NCBI GenBank assembly: GCA_965219085.1
Contig: OZ244720.1
Location: forward strand, 3,200,001-3,264,000
Reading direction: 5' to 3'
DNA length: 64,000 nucleotides
Source of the DNA: Dehalococcoidia bacterium
GTDB taxonomy: Bacteria > Chloroflexota > Dehalococcoidia > UBA2979
A program made the translations under genes and the position numbers. Shown piece by piece: positions 28,967-39,115 of this stretch. The notes below the pieces were generated by a model that made no database searches, was not told where the DNA came from, and saw only the letters and a list, made by a program, of their open reading frames with translations. Numbering within the stretch: position 1 is the stretch's first letter; each line of letters starts with the position of its first letter.

Positions 28967-30430
28967 CTAGACCTCGGACGCGCGAGGGGGCCGCAGCACC
29001 CACGTGTCCTTGCTGCCGCCGCCCTGCGATGAGTTCACCACATACGATCCCTCGACGAGCGCGACACGCGTCAGCCCGCCCGGCAGCACCCACGTGTCCC
29101 GGCCCGTGAGCGCGAATGGGCGCAGGTCGGCGCGGCGCGCCCGCAGCCGGCCGTCGAGGAGCGTCGGGATGGAACTGAACTCCTGCAGCGGCTGCGCGAT
29201 CCAGTTGCGCGGGTCGTCGCGGATCCGTTCCTCGAGCGCCCGCAGCTCGGCGTCGGAGGCCTGCGGGCCGACCACGAGGCCGTAACCACCGGACTCGCCG
29301 GCGGGCTTCACGACCAGCTCGTCGAGGTGCGCGCACATCTGCTCGAGGTCCTCGGGGAGTACCGCCGCCAGCGTGTCGACGTTGCGGAGGATCGGCTCTT
29401 CGCCCAGGTAGTAGCGGATGAAGTCCGGCACGAAGCGGTACACGACCTTGTCGTCCGCGACGCCCACGCCCATCGCGTTGGCGAGCGTGACGTTGCCCGC
29501 GCGGTACGCGTCGGCGAGCCCGGCGACGCCGAGCACCGAGTCCGGGCGAAACGCGAGCGGGTCGAGGAAGTCGTCGTCGACGCGCTTGTAGATCACGTCG
29601 ACGCGTTCCAGGCCCGTCGTCGAGCGGAGGTACACCGTCTGGTCGTGGACGATGAGGTCGCGCCCCTCGACGAGGTCGACCCCCATCTGCTGCGCGAGGA
29701 AGGTGTGCTCGAAGTACGCCGAGTTGAAGCTGCCCGGCGTGAGGATGACGATGCGCGCCTCCTCGGGCGCGACGCCCTCCGGCCGCACCTCGATCAGCAT
29801 CTCCAGCAGGTGTTCGGGGTAGTCCGTGATGGGCGAGACGGCGCCCTCGGGGAACAGCTCCGGCACGGCTTCCAGCATCACTCGCCGGTTCTCGAGCACG
29901 TACGAGACGCCCGAGGGCGTGCGCACGTTGTCTTCGAGGATCCGGAACTCGCCGTGCTGGTCGCGGATCAGGTCGCTGCCGGCAATGTGGGTGTAGACGC
30001 CCTGTGGCGGCTCGAAGCCGACCATGCGCATGTTGAAGGCCGCGGCGCCGAACAGCACCTCGCCGGGGATCACCCCGTCGGTGACACAGCGCTGGTCGTG
30101 GTACACGTCGTGGAGGAACGCGTTGAGCGCCTGCACCCGCTGCTGGAGCCCGGTATCAATCGTCGTCCACTCATCGTGCGCGACGATGCGCGGAATGATC
30201 GAGAACGGGAAAATCCGGTCGACTTCCGCCTCGTCCTGGTAGACCGTGAACGTGATCCCGCTCGCGAGCAGGTCCATCTCCGAGCGCCGCTGACGGCCGT
30301 CGATGTGCTCGATCGACCACGCCCCGAGCCGGGACGCGAACTCGCTGTATGCGGGGCGAGGGCTGCCATCGGGAGCGAACATCTCGTCGGGCCCGGCGAG
30401 CTGTTCGTAGCCGCTGAAGGGGTCGGACAC
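28967..30430 (-). CDS. Circularly permuted type 2 ATP-grasp protein
   Basis: EDNVRTPSGVSY, SAYFEH, DDDFLDPL, VVNSSQGGGSKDTWV. Confidence 0.93.
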   Translation of the reverse strand: MSDPFSGYEQLAGPDEMFAPDGSPRPAYSEFASRLGAWSIEHIDGRQRRSEMDLLASGITFTVYQDEAEVDRIFPFSIIPRIVAHDEWTTIDTGLQQRVQALNAFLHDVYHDQRCVTDGVIPGEVLFGAAAFNMRMVGFEPPQGVYTHIAGSDLIRDQHGEFRILEDNVRTPSGVSYVLENRRVMLEAVPELFPEGAVSPITDYPEHLLEMLIEVRPEGVAPEEARIVILTPGSFNSAYFEHTFLAQQMGVDLVEGRDLIVHDQTVYLRSTTGLERVDVIYKRVDDDFLDPLAFRPDSVLGVAGLADAYRAGNVTLANAMGVGVADDKVVYRFVPDFIRYYLGEEPILRNVDTLAAVLPEDLEQMCAHLDELVVKPAGESGGYGLVVGPQASDAELRALEERIRDDPRNWIAQPLQEFSSIPTLLDGRLRARRADLRPFALTGRDTWVLPGGLTRVALVEGSYVVNSSQGGGSKDTWVLRPPRASEV

Positions 30431-30480
30431 GAGGGGCTACTCCGTGGCGTGCGCGGCTCGCCCTCGAGCCGGGTGCACCG

Positions 30481-30630
30481 CTACCGAGCCTGCGGGCGAT
30501 AGAACCCTCCGGCCCGTGCCTGCTCGGTCGGCCGCGATCCGGCGCGCATCTGCTGGCTCACGACCCGCAGCCGCGGCTTCGTGACGGTGAGGCTGCCGCG
30601 GCTTTGTGTCGTCGTGCGCTGCCGCTGCAT
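30481..30630 (-). CDS. Possible 49-aa Gln/Arg-rich peptide upstream of the ATP-grasp operon
   Basis: GGAGGG RBS then MQRQRTTTQSRGSLTVTKPRLRVVSQQMRAG...; an in-frame ATG also occurs at about 30690; no recognisable family. Confidence 0.3.
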   Translation of the reverse strand: MQRQRTTTQSRGSLTVTKPRLRVVSQQMRAGSRPTEQARAGGFYRPQAR

Positions 30631-30709
30631 GGCCGTTCCCTCCGGGCGCGGCCACAGCATTGCCGTCACGCATGACGGCCATGTTCCCATGATGTTGCCT
30701 TCGTGTGAA

Positions 30710-32011
30710 TCACGAATCGAGGCCTCCGTGCGACACGGGTTCGTGCAACCTCGCCGGCTCGAAGCGCAGCCGCGGCAGCCGCAGCAGGACGACGAAGAGC
30801 AGCGCCGCGACGGCAAAGGAACCGACGAACAGCACCAGCGCGAGGTCGTAGCTCCCCGTCACGTCGAAGATCCAGCCGACGATCGTCGGGCTGGTGACGA
30901 GTCCGACCTCCTCGACCACCACGATCGCGCCGAGGAGCGTGCCAAAGTGCGCGATGCCGAACATCCGCGTGAGCAGCATCGCCTCCATGATCGGCCCGCC
31001 GCCCGTGCCGACGACCCAGAACGCGATGAAGCAGGCAATGCCGATGTAGCCGGGGATGAGCAGGAGCGCGAGCATCGCGAAGATCAGCGAGATACACATC
31101 GCGATCACGACATACTCGAACCGTGAGACCCGATCGCCAATGAACCCGAACCCGACCCGTGAGAACGCGCCGCAGAGCGCGGCCGTCGAGACGATGAACG
31201 CGGCGGTACCCCTCGGCACACCGATCGATTCGTAGAGCGGGATCTGGTGGACGAGCATCCCGAAGAGCCCGAAGAAGAAGCTCGTGAGCGCGATCCCAAT
31301 CAGCCAGAAGTGCGGCGTCCTGAGCGCGGCCCGCAGCGAGAGTCCGCTCAGCTGCCGGGGCGAAGCGCCACCCTCCGGCACCGCGTCGCCGTCGGGCTGC
31401 GCGCCCACGTCGGCCGGGTCGTTGCGCACGAGCAGCCCCCCGATCGGGATGAACACGACCAGGATCGCGATGCCCGAGAAGACGAACGACGCCTCCCACC
31501 CGATGTTGTCGACCACCAGGCGCATCGGCGGCACGACCACGACGCCGCCGAGCGAGAACCCCGTCCCGAGGATGCTGAGCGCGACCCCTCGCCGGCGGTC
31601 GAACCACCTCGAGATCAACGCCTGGAACGGGATGAAGAACATCATCTGGCGGAACACGCCGTTGATGGCCGAGTAGACGTACCACTGCCACAGCTCGGTG
31701 GTCGTCGCGAGCAGGACGTAGGTTGCCGCCGTGGTGACCGCGCCGAAGAGGATGACCTGGCGCGCCCCGCGCGTGTCGACCCAGCGGCCGACGAACGGTC
31801 CCATGATCCCGCCGGTCAGCAGCACGATCGAGATGGCGCCGGACACCTCGCCGCGCGACCACCCGAATTGGGTCTCGAGGGGCTCGATGTAGAGGCCGAC
31901 CGACCAGAACGACACCCCGCTGCCGAGCGTCATCGCGGCGATCGAGCCCGCGAGGAGCCACCACCCGTAGTAGACGCCCCTCAGCCCGCGGGCGCGTGTC
32001 GAAACCGCCAT
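30710..32011 (-). CDS. MFS transporter (MFS-3)
   Basis: YYGWWLL, DTRGARQ, WFDRRRGVAL; about 12 TM segments. Confidence 0.92.
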   Translation of the reverse strand: MAVSTRARGLRGVYYGWWLLAGSIAAMTLGSGVSFWSVGLYIEPLETQFGWSRGEVSGAISIVLLTGGIMGPFVGRWVDTRGARQVILFGAVTTAATYVLLATTTELWQWYVYSAINGVFRQMMFFIPFQALISRWFDRRRGVALSILGTGFSLGGVVVVPPMRLVVDNIGWEASFVFSGIAILVVFIPIGGLLVRNDPADVGAQPDGDAVPEGGASPRQLSGLSLRAALRTPHFWLIGIALTSFFFGLFGMLVHQIPLYESIGVPRGTAAFIVSTAALCGAFSRVGFGFIGDRVSRFEYVVIAMCISLIFAMLALLLIPGYIGIACFIAFWVVGTGGGPIMEAMLLTRMFGIAHFGTLLGAIVVVEEVGLVTSPTIVGWIFDVTGSYDLALVLFVGSFAVAALLFVVLLRLPRLRFEPARLHEPVSHGGLDS

Positions 32012-32047
32012 CGGGGCGCGCCCGCGGCTCGCCGGCGCCGCTCGGAC

Positions 32048-33142
32048 CTAGTCCATCACGAGGATCGAACGCCCCGAGATCTGGCCCGCCTCGAGCGCGT
32101 CGGTCGCGTCGTTGATGGCGTCGAGCGGGTACCGCGCGGTCACGAGCGCATCAAGGTCGAGCTCGCCCTCGTTGAACCAGCGCATGAACATCGGGAAGTC
32201 GCTGTCGGGACTGCACGAGCCGCCGATGCTGCCGATGTACTTCTTCTCCGTGACCAGCAAGTCGCGCGCGTCGAGTTCGACGGGTGTCTGGGGGACGCCG
32301 ACCAGCACCGCGGTGCCGCCGGTGCTGTGGCCGAGCACGCCGCCGCGCACCGCCGGCAGGATCTGCTCCATCGTCACGCGCAGGCCGATGCAGTCGAAGG
32401 CGTAGTCGGCGCCGGAGACCGGCGTGCCGTCGCGCTTCAGCTCACCCTCGCGCTGGGTCAGCTCGTGGATGCGGGCGACGGGGTCGACCTCGGAGGCGTT
32501 GACGCCGATGGTCGCGCCGAAGCGCTTCGCGAAGTCCAGCTTCTCCTCGCTCAGATCGACGGCGATGATCGGGTCTGCTCCGATGACGGCCGCCGCCGTG
32601 ATCGCCGAGAGCCCGACACCGCCGACGCCGAACACCGCGACGCTCTCGCCGCGCTGCACGCCCGCCGTGTGGTACACGGCCCCGGCGCCGGTCATGACGG
32701 CGCATCCGATGATCGATGTGACATCGACGGGCGCGTCGTCCGGCATGGGGACGACGTACTGCTCGTCCGCGATGGTGTGGTCGGCCCACGTGAAGCAGCC
32801 GGGCGTCGTGGCGACGCTCCCGTCGGCGAGCGTCAGGCTCACGCCCTCGACGATGCGGGTCGCCTCGCGGTCGCGGGGCACCCACGTCACCATCACGCGG
32901 TCGCCCTCCTTGACGTGGTCCACCTCGGACCCGGCGGCGAGCACCACCCCGGTCGACTCGTGGCCGAGGAGCGCCTGCGACGGACGCGGGCCGCGCATCT
33001 GGTGGAGCTGGGAGTGGCAGACGCCGCTCGCGAACTGCTTGACGACGACCTGGTACGGCCCGGGATCGGGCAGCTCGACATCCTCGATGCGCAGGCGGCC
33101 GGGACCCTCGGGGACCACGACGACGCGGGCAGGTGTGGGCAT
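32048..33142 (-). CDS. Zinc-binding alcohol dehydrogenase
   Basis: GVCHSQ, LGHESTG, GCAVMTGAG, GVGGVG; lacks the structural-Zn Cys cluster. Confidence 0.9.
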   Translation of the reverse strand: MPTPARVVVVPEGPGRLRIEDVELPDPGPYQVVVKQFASGVCHSQLHQMRGPRPSQALLGHESTGVVLAAGSEVDHVKEGDRVMVTWVPRDREATRIVEGVSLTLADGSVATTPGCFTWADHTIADEQYVVPMPDDAPVDVTSIIGCAVMTGAGAVYHTAGVQRGESVAVFGVGGVGLSAITAAAVIGADPIIAVDLSEEKLDFAKRFGATIGVNASEVDPVARIHELTQREGELKRDGTPVSGADYAFDCIGLRVTMEQILPAVRGGVLGHSTGGTAVLVGVPQTPVELDARDLLVTEKKYIGSIGGSCSPDSDFPMFMRWFNEGELDLDALVTARYPLDAINDATDALEAGQISGRSILVMD

Positions 33143-33172
33143 GGGTACCTCCGTGTGCTCGCTGGTCGAACG

Positions 33173-34072
33173 CTAGTCGAAGTTGAAGACGGACAGCGCG
33201 TTCTCGCGCATATAGCGCCGCATGATGCCTTCGCGCAGCGGCAGCGCGAGGCCGTCGGCGACGGCGCGCTCGAACGTCAGGATCGCGTAGTCCGAGGCCC
33301 ACATCACGCGCTCGCGGCCGCGTGTGTTCATGTAGTGGACCACCTCGTCGGGGATGTAGCGCGGCGAGAAGCCCGAGGTCATCAGGTAGAAGTTCGCGTG
33401 CTTCTGTAGCAGCGCCACGGTCTCGACGTGCCACGGGTGCCCGATGTGCGTCGCGACGATGTTCAGCTCTGGGTAGGTGACGAGCACCTCGTCGAGGTCC
33501 ATCGGGCGCTGGAACTTCGCGAAGCGCAGCGGCCCGGGCACGCCGACGTTGATCACGATCGGCACGCCGAGCTCGATGCACTTCGTGTAGATCGGGTACA
33601 TCAGCGGGTGGTTGGGCGGGAGGTTCACGAGCGCGCCCATGAGGCGGATTGTGCGGAAGTCGAACTCGTTGACGGCCATCTCGACCATGCGCACGGCGTT
33701 CATGCCCTGCGTCGGGTCGATGTTGCAGCTGCCGCGGAAGCGGTCCGGGAACGCCGCGACGGCGTCCACGACACGCTGGCACGAGGCGCGGAAGTCGTCG
33801 ATCACCATCGCGTCGCCGTAGCCGCCGACGTGGGGGTTCGTGTAGTCGCCTCCGAGCGAGACGTTGAGCAGGCCCTTTTGCACGCCGGCGTCGTCCATAC
33901 GCTCGACGACGTGCGCGGGGCCGACGCCGCCCAGCAGGTCGGGCGACTTGCCGCCGAACCAGCGCTCGATGTTCGGGTCCATGTCCGTGCGGCGCTCGGT
34001 CGCGGGCAGGTTGATGTAGGTGTCGACGATCTCGCCGAGTGCGACCTCGCTGCTGGGGTTGTCGATGACCAT
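33173..34072 (-). CDS. Amidohydrolase (amidohydro_2 family)
   Basis: YPIYTKCIELGVP, GVPGP, HIGHPW, VMWASDY. Confidence 0.88.
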   Translation of the reverse strand: MVIDNPSSEVALGEIVDTYINLPATERRTDMDPNIERWFGGKSPDLLGGVGPAHVVERMDDAGVQKGLLNVSLGGDYTNPHVGGYGDAMVIDDFRASCQRVVDAVAAFPDRFRGSCNIDPTQGMNAVRMVEMAVNEFDFRTIRLMGALVNLPPNHPLMYPIYTKCIELGVPIVINVGVPGPLRFAKFQRPMDLDEVLVTYPELNIVATHIGHPWHVETVALLQKHANFYLMTSGFSPRYIPDEVVHYMNTRGRERVMWASDYAILTFERAVADGLALPLREGIMRRYMRENALSVFNFD

Positions 34073-34094
34073 CTCGGTGCTCCTTACGCTGTAG

Positions 34095-35336
34095 CTACGC
34101 GGTTGCCGCTGCCGGGATGCGGGGCGGCTCGAGGAAGCGCGAGCTGATCGGCGCGTCGGCCTCGAACGGGCCTGCGAGACCCAGCTCGTCGCTGATCTCG
34201 CGCAGCGCGGGCAGCACTTCGTTGCCGAGCAACTCGATGCAGCGCTTGGCGTCCGGGTGGCTCACGTGCCCGTCGTTGCCCCACAGCGCCATGATGCCGG
34301 GTCGCGTCTCCTCGATGAGCACGCGCATCTGCTCGACCACCTGGTCGGGCGTGCCCGCAACGATCTGCAGGTTCTCGAGCTGGTGCTCGAACGGCATCGC
34401 GCGGCGCGTGGATGCGATCGGCGAGTTGGCGCGCTTCACGGCCCCCTCGCGGTTCGTCGGCGAGCTGTACCCGGTGGGGGCCGACCACACGGCGTGGCCG
34501 AGGCCGGTGAACTCACCCTGCATCCACATGTACTGCCGCGCGTTCTCCAGCGCATGCTCCTCGGTGTCCTGCACGTGGACGCGGATCAGGTAGCCGCGGT
34601 GCTCGGGGCCGGACGTGTAGCCGGTCTCCTGCGCGGTGTCCTCGTAGAGCTGCCAGATCTGCTTCGTCTGCTCGATGGTGGTGTTGAGGCAGATGTACGG
34701 GTAACGGTTCTCCGCGCACCACACGATCGTCTCCGGGCTGGCGACGCCCGGCACCCAGATGCGCGGGTGCGGCTTCTGTAGCGGCAGCGCCCACGGGTTC
34801 ACGACGCGCAACTGGTAGTGGTCGCCCTCCCAGCGCCACGGACCGGGCTCCGTCCACGTCTTCACCAGCAACTCGTGCGCCTCGTAGAAGCGGTCACGGT
34901 TGAACGCCGGGTTGACGTTGTTCGCGAACTGCTCGGTGCCCGCACCGCGCACGATGCCGGCGACGAGCCGGCCCTGGGAAATCATGTCGATCATCGAGAG
35001 CGACTCGGAGATGGCGACCGGGTTCTCGATGGTCGGCAGCGGCGTGCCGAGCAGCACGATCTTGATGCGCTCGGTGGCGGCGGCGAGGATGCTGGCCCAC
35101 ACGGTGATCTGCGCCTGCATGCAGAACGGCGCGTTGTGGTGCTCGTTAAGCATGATGCCGTCGAAGCCCACCTCCTCGGCGAGCTGGTACTCGACGAGGC
35201 GATCGTTGTAGAGCTGGCTCCCGGCGACGGGGTCGAAGTTGCTGTTCGAGAACATGAGCGCCGTAACGCCCTCGTCGTCCACGGCGTCCTCGGGGTAGGC
35301 GGACATCGGCTGCTCGGTGAAGTACATCAGATGCAC
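34095..35336 (-). CDS. LLM-class flavin-dependent monooxygenase
   Basis: GFDGIMLNEHH, DMISQGRL, PLQKPHPRIW; GTG start after GAGGAG; paralog of 23711. Confidence 0.92.
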   Translation of the reverse strand: MHLMYFTEQPMSAYPEDAVDDEGVTALMFSNSNFDPVAGSQLYNDRLVEYQLAEEVGFDGIMLNEHHNAPFCMQAQITVWASILAAATERIKIVLLGTPLPTIENPVAISESLSMIDMISQGRLVAGIVRGAGTEQFANNVNPAFNRDRFYEAHELLVKTWTEPGPWRWEGDHYQLRVVNPWALPLQKPHPRIWVPGVASPETIVWCAENRYPYICLNTTIEQTKQIWQLYEDTAQETGYTSGPEHRGYLIRVHVQDTEEHALENARQYMWMQGEFTGLGHAVWSAPTGYSSPTNREGAVKRANSPIASTRRAMPFEHQLENLQIVAGTPDQVVEQMRVLIEETRPGIMALWGNDGHVSHPDAKRCIELLGNEVLPALREISDELGLAGPFEADAPISSRFLEPPRIPAAATA

Positions 35337-35420
35337 GGTTGGTCTCCTCGATACTCCTGGGGGCCGAAGCGCAGCATAGCGGGAATGCGACCGGTGCCGC
35401 ATGGCCCCGGGCGTGCGCAG

Positions 35421-37772
35421 TCAGTCGAGCTCGATGAAGCCGATGATGCGCGGCCAGCGCCCCTCCCCGACGACCTCACCGTCGAGGAGGATGCGGCAGG
35501 GGTGCGCGGGGTGCGCGGGACATTCGGTAGTCGCGCGCGAGGGCGGGTAGAAGCGGGCAAGGTAGTCCTCGCTGTCCATGACGTCGATCTCGCCGGTTGT
35601 GACGTCGAGGACGGAGACCGCGGCGCGACCACGGGCTTGGGGACTGAGCCTTTGGTCCGGGAAGATGAAATCGCTCGACCATGCGAACTGATCCGCGGTA
35701 GCCCACTCCCAGTGATAGTAGTTCAAGAGATGGGTAGTCTCCGCGGTCCAGAGGACGCGATCGGTCTCGAAGTCGATGATGTCGAAGCTGGACCAGGAGG
35801 CCCCGAAGTAGTTCCCGCTGCCGCGCACCATGTAGCGCGCGTCCGGGGAAAGACAGGCGGGGCGGTCACAGGGAAGCGAACGCGCGGCGCCACCGAGCGT
35901 AACCAGGACGTGCGACGCAGCCGGTTCGTGGTACTCGTCGCTCCAGTCGAGCATTCGCACCACGACACGGCGCGAGTCAGATGTCCACGCCTCGCCAACG
36001 GGCAGGCTCACGCTCCAATTCGGGTCCACATCCAGCCCCGCCGCGGCAGCAATCTCGTCGGTGGTGAGGAGCAGGATTCGGCCGCCGGCGGGGATGTCGA
36101 GGACGACGATATGGCTGGGGACATACGCCGTGCCGTCGTGGCCTCCGTAGAAGGTCGCCGCCAGTTTGCGGCCGTCGGGCGAGACCTGGAACGCTTCCGG
36201 CGCGCGCTCGTACAGCGTGCGGGTTTGCCCGTCGGGCGCGATGTACGTGAGCTCCTGGCCGATCTCCACGACGAAGCCACCGCGCGCGGGCTGCGCGGCG
36301 CCCGGCGCGTACCCATACACGAGCCGGTTCCGGTACGTGAAGGCGAGCCAGCTCCGGCCGGTACCTTCGTCGTGAACGATCATGCGCCGCGTGGCGCGAG
36401 GGTCGGGCCGCACCTCGCCCCGTTGGTACTCGTACTCGCCGTGGACCTCGTACGCGAGCAGCGGCCCGACCATTTCGTCGCGCGCGGGCGGAGGTGGCGA
36501 CGCGATCTCACGCACTGCCGGAACCGGCGAGATGCCACGGAGTTCGAGGCTGCCGGGAACCTCGATCATGCCGAGGTAGTGCGTCCATCCGCGCGCACCT
36601 TCCCAGACGACGCGCTCCTCGTGCTGGATGTGGCACGCGGACGAGCGATAGGAGTAGCTCAAGCCGCAGGTGCTTCTCACCGGGCCTTCGATTTGACGCT
36701 CGAGGTCAGGCGTCACGGGCACGATCTCCCCCGTCGCGGTGTCGAGGAGCCGTGTGGAGTTGTAGTCGAGCGTCACGTACGGCCCGAACCAGGGCCCGTA
36801 GTTCGCGGAGGATTGGAGGCCGCCTTCTTCGGCGATCGTCCAGACAACGTAGCCTGTCTCCACATCGAGCACCGTCAGGCTGTCCCAATAAGGTTGGTGA
36901 TTCTTGGGCCGCCCGGCGATCGACTCTCCGACCTGGATCGCGTAACGGAGGTCCGGAGAGACCCGGACGTCCTCGGGCAGTACTCGCACCCGGCCATCGA
37001 GCGTCAACACGGCAGTGTGAGCCCGGGGGCCCGAGTAGTCACCGGCGGTGACGCTGACCGCCTTGCTGTCGTCACGCCAGTCACCCAGGTCGAGCACCCC
37101 GTGGCGACCGCCGCCCTGTAGCGTTCCGAGGTCCGGATCGTCACTCGCCACGCGCAGCACTTCCGCGCCGTCGCGGGCGTCGAGGACGAGCAGCGTGCCG
37201 GGCTCGCCATGCATGACCGCAGCCTTCGCGCCGTCGGGTGAGACGCTGATCGCGCGGATCGCGTCGTCCTCGAACAGCACTGCCTGCGTCGCGCCGTCCA
37301 GGCCCATCCGGCGCACCTGGTCCCCGCTCCAGACGATGATGCCCGTCCCCGCGGGCTGCACCGCCGACCGACTCGCCTGGCCCGCGCGGCCGATGAGCGT
37401 GCGCGGGTTCTCGTAGTCGAACGCAGCCCAGTACCGATCCTCGGCGAGGTCATGGATGAACACTCGCCGGATCTCGATCTCGTTGCCATCCCCCGTCGGC
37501 GTGTCGCCGACGCGCTCGGAGAGGACGAGCAGGGGCCCCTGCACGGTCACGGCGGGGGGTTCCGGCGTCTGGGCGGCGGTCGGCGTCTGGGCGGCGGTCG
37601 GCGTCGGGGCGGGCGAAGCCGTGACGGCGGCGGGCGCAGCGGTTGAGGTCGGCGAGGCCGTCCCCTGCGAGCGCGTCGCGTCCCCGGCCTCCGGTGCTGG
37701 CTCGCCGCCCCCAAGGCACGAAGAGGCCAGCAGCGCGAGTAGCACGAGGACCGCCGAGGCCCCACGCGTCAT
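35421..37772 (-). CDS. Lipoprotein with two tandem beta-propeller-like modules
   Basis: Signal peptide and LASSC lipobox, Pro/Thr/Ala linker, repeated SPDG/SPDL motifs, duplicated halves. Confidence 0.7.
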   Translation of the reverse strand: MTRGASAVLVLLALLASSCLGGGEPAPEAGDATRSQGTASPTSTAAPAAVTASPAPTPTAAQTPTAAQTPEPPAVTVQGPLLVLSERVGDTPTGDGNEIEIRRVFIHDLAEDRYWAAFDYENPRTLIGRAGQASRSAVQPAGTGIIVWSGDQVRRMGLDGATQAVLFEDDAIRAISVSPDGAKAAVMHGEPGTLLVLDARDGAEVLRVASDDPDLGTLQGGGRHGVLDLGDWRDDSKAVSVTAGDYSGPRAHTAVLTLDGRVRVLPEDVRVSPDLRYAIQVGESIAGRPKNHQPYWDSLTVLDVETGYVVWTIAEEGGLQSSANYGPWFGPYVTLDYNSTRLLDTATGEIVPVTPDLERQIEGPVRSTCGLSYSYRSSACHIQHEERVVWEGARGWTHYLGMIEVPGSLELRGISPVPAVREIASPPPPARDEMVGPLLAYEVHGEYEYQRGEVRPDPRATRRMIVHDEGTGRSWLAFTYRNRLVYGYAPGAAQPARGGFVVEIGQELTYIAPDGQTRTLYERAPEAFQVSPDGRKLAATFYGGHDGTAYVPSHIVVLDIPAGGRILLLTTDEIAAAAGLDVDPNWSVSLPVGEAWTSDSRRVVVRMLDWSDEYHEPAASHVLVTLGGAARSLPCDRPACLSPDARYMVRGSGNYFGASWSSFDIIDFETDRVLWTAETTHLLNYYHWEWATADQFAWSSDFIFPDQRLSPQARGRAAVSVLDVTTGEIDVMDSEDYLARFYPPSRATTECPAHPAHPCRILLDGEVVGEGRWPRIIGFIELD
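37563..37605 (-). repeat. 18-bp coding tandem repeat (TPTAAQ)
   Basis: CGGCGTCTGGGCGGCGGT repeated twice plus a partial third copy. Confidence 0.8.
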
Positions 37773-37810
37773 GCGACCTCGGTGCTGCTCGGCGCCGCCA
37801 GCCAGGTGCA

Positions 37811-38632
37811 CTAGTGCTGGACCATCATCCCGCCGTCGACGTTGATCGCCTGGCCGCTCACCCACGAGCCCTGGTCGCTGCAGAGGTACAGCGTCATGTT
37901 CGGGATGTCCTCGCCCATGCTCGGGCGGCGCAGTGGGACGCGCTCGATCATCTGCGCCCACTCCTCGCTGTCGCGCGGGATGTCGTCGAGGCGGTTGTTG
38001 TCGATCATCCCCGGGCAGATCGTGTTGACGCGGATGCCGTACATCCCGACCTCCTGCGCCATCCCCGCCGACAGCGCCTGGATCGCCGCCTTGCTCGAGG
38101 CGTACGCCGTCGCGTTCGGCGGGAGCAGCTTCCCGGCGACCGAGGAGATGTTGACGATCGAGCCGCCCTCGCCCTGGTCGATCAGGTGCTGGCCGAAACG
38201 CTTGCTCATCAGGAACGTGCCGCGCACGTTCACGCGGAGCACAAGGTCCCACCAGTCGATCGGCATGTCGACGACCGGCACGCGGTCGGCGCCGCGGGCC
38301 GCCGCGGCGTTGTTGATGACGAAGTCGACGCGTCCGAATGTATCGAGGGTCTGGGCGAGCAGCGCCTGCACCGCCTCGTCGTCGGCGACGTCGCTGACCA
38401 CGGGCAGCGCGCGGCTGCCTGCCGCCTCGATCTCCTCGGCGACCGAGTCGATGTCGCGCCAGCCGGCGGCCCGCTCGTCCTCGGGATAGCGGTCGGGGGA
38501 CCGCCCCGTGCCGGTGATCACGACGTTCGCGCCGGCCGCGCCGAACGCCTTGGCGATCTCGCGCCCGATGGCGCGCATGCGGCCCGCGCCCGTGACCACC
38601 GCGACCTTGCCCTCGATGCCCGTGAGTTCCAT
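37811..38632 (-). CDS. Short-chain dehydrogenase/reductase
   Basis: VVTGAG..IG, NNAA, NISS, YASSK. Confidence 0.93.
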   Translation of the reverse strand: MELTGIEGKVAVVTGAGRMRAIGREIAKAFGAAGANVVITGTGRSPDRYPEDERAAGWRDIDSVAEEIEAAGSRALPVVSDVADDEAVQALLAQTLDTFGRVDFVINNAAAARGADRVPVVDMPIDWWDLVLRVNVRGTFLMSKRFGQHLIDQGEGGSIVNISSVAGKLLPPNATAYASSKAAIQALSAGMAQEVGMYGIRVNTICPGMIDNNRLDDIPRDSEEWAQMIERVPLRRPSMGEDIPNMTLYLCSDQGSWVSGQAINVDGGMMVQH

Positions 38633-38689
38633 GGCTCGCTCACCTCCCGCGCGCAGGGTACGCGAACGCGGCGCGGGGGAGCGTTCCGG

Positions 38690-39109
38690 CTAGCCGGACG
38701 CGGCCGCCCCCTCGAACGGGTCCAGCACCGGGACGCCGAGTTGCTCGAAGTCGCGAACGTCCCGGGTCACGACGGTCAGCCGATTCACGATGGCGACCGC
38801 GGCGATCATGGCGTCGTAGATGAGGGTGTCGGATTGGCGTTGCATCAGTCGTGCCCACTCGCGGAACGCGGCAGCGTCCACGTCGAGGACGTCGAAGGCG
38901 AGAAGCACGCGTTCAAGCCATGCATCGAGTTCTTCAGCCTTGCCCAGATCTTGCCTGCGTGTCATCTCGATGCCGACCTGTATCTCACCGATGGTGACGG
39001 CTGACAGGTGCAGCCGGCCCTGGGACACACTCCGCACCCAGCCAAGAACAGATGGATGTGGGCGGGGCCGCCGCAATTCGGAGAGCACGTTGGTGTCGAG
39101 CAGATACAT
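38690..39109 (-). CDS. vapC: VapC PIN toxin
   Basis: YLLDTNVLSE, DAMIAAVA, VTRDVRDF. Confidence 0.92.
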   Translation of the reverse strand: MYLLDTNVLSELRRPRPHPSVLGWVRSVSQGRLHLSAVTIGEIQVGIEMTRRQDLGKAEELDAWLERVLLAFDVLDVDAAAFREWARLMQRQSDTLIYDAMIAAVAIVNRLTVVTRDVRDFEQLGVPVLDPFEGAAASG

Positions 39110-39115
39110 GCCCGG

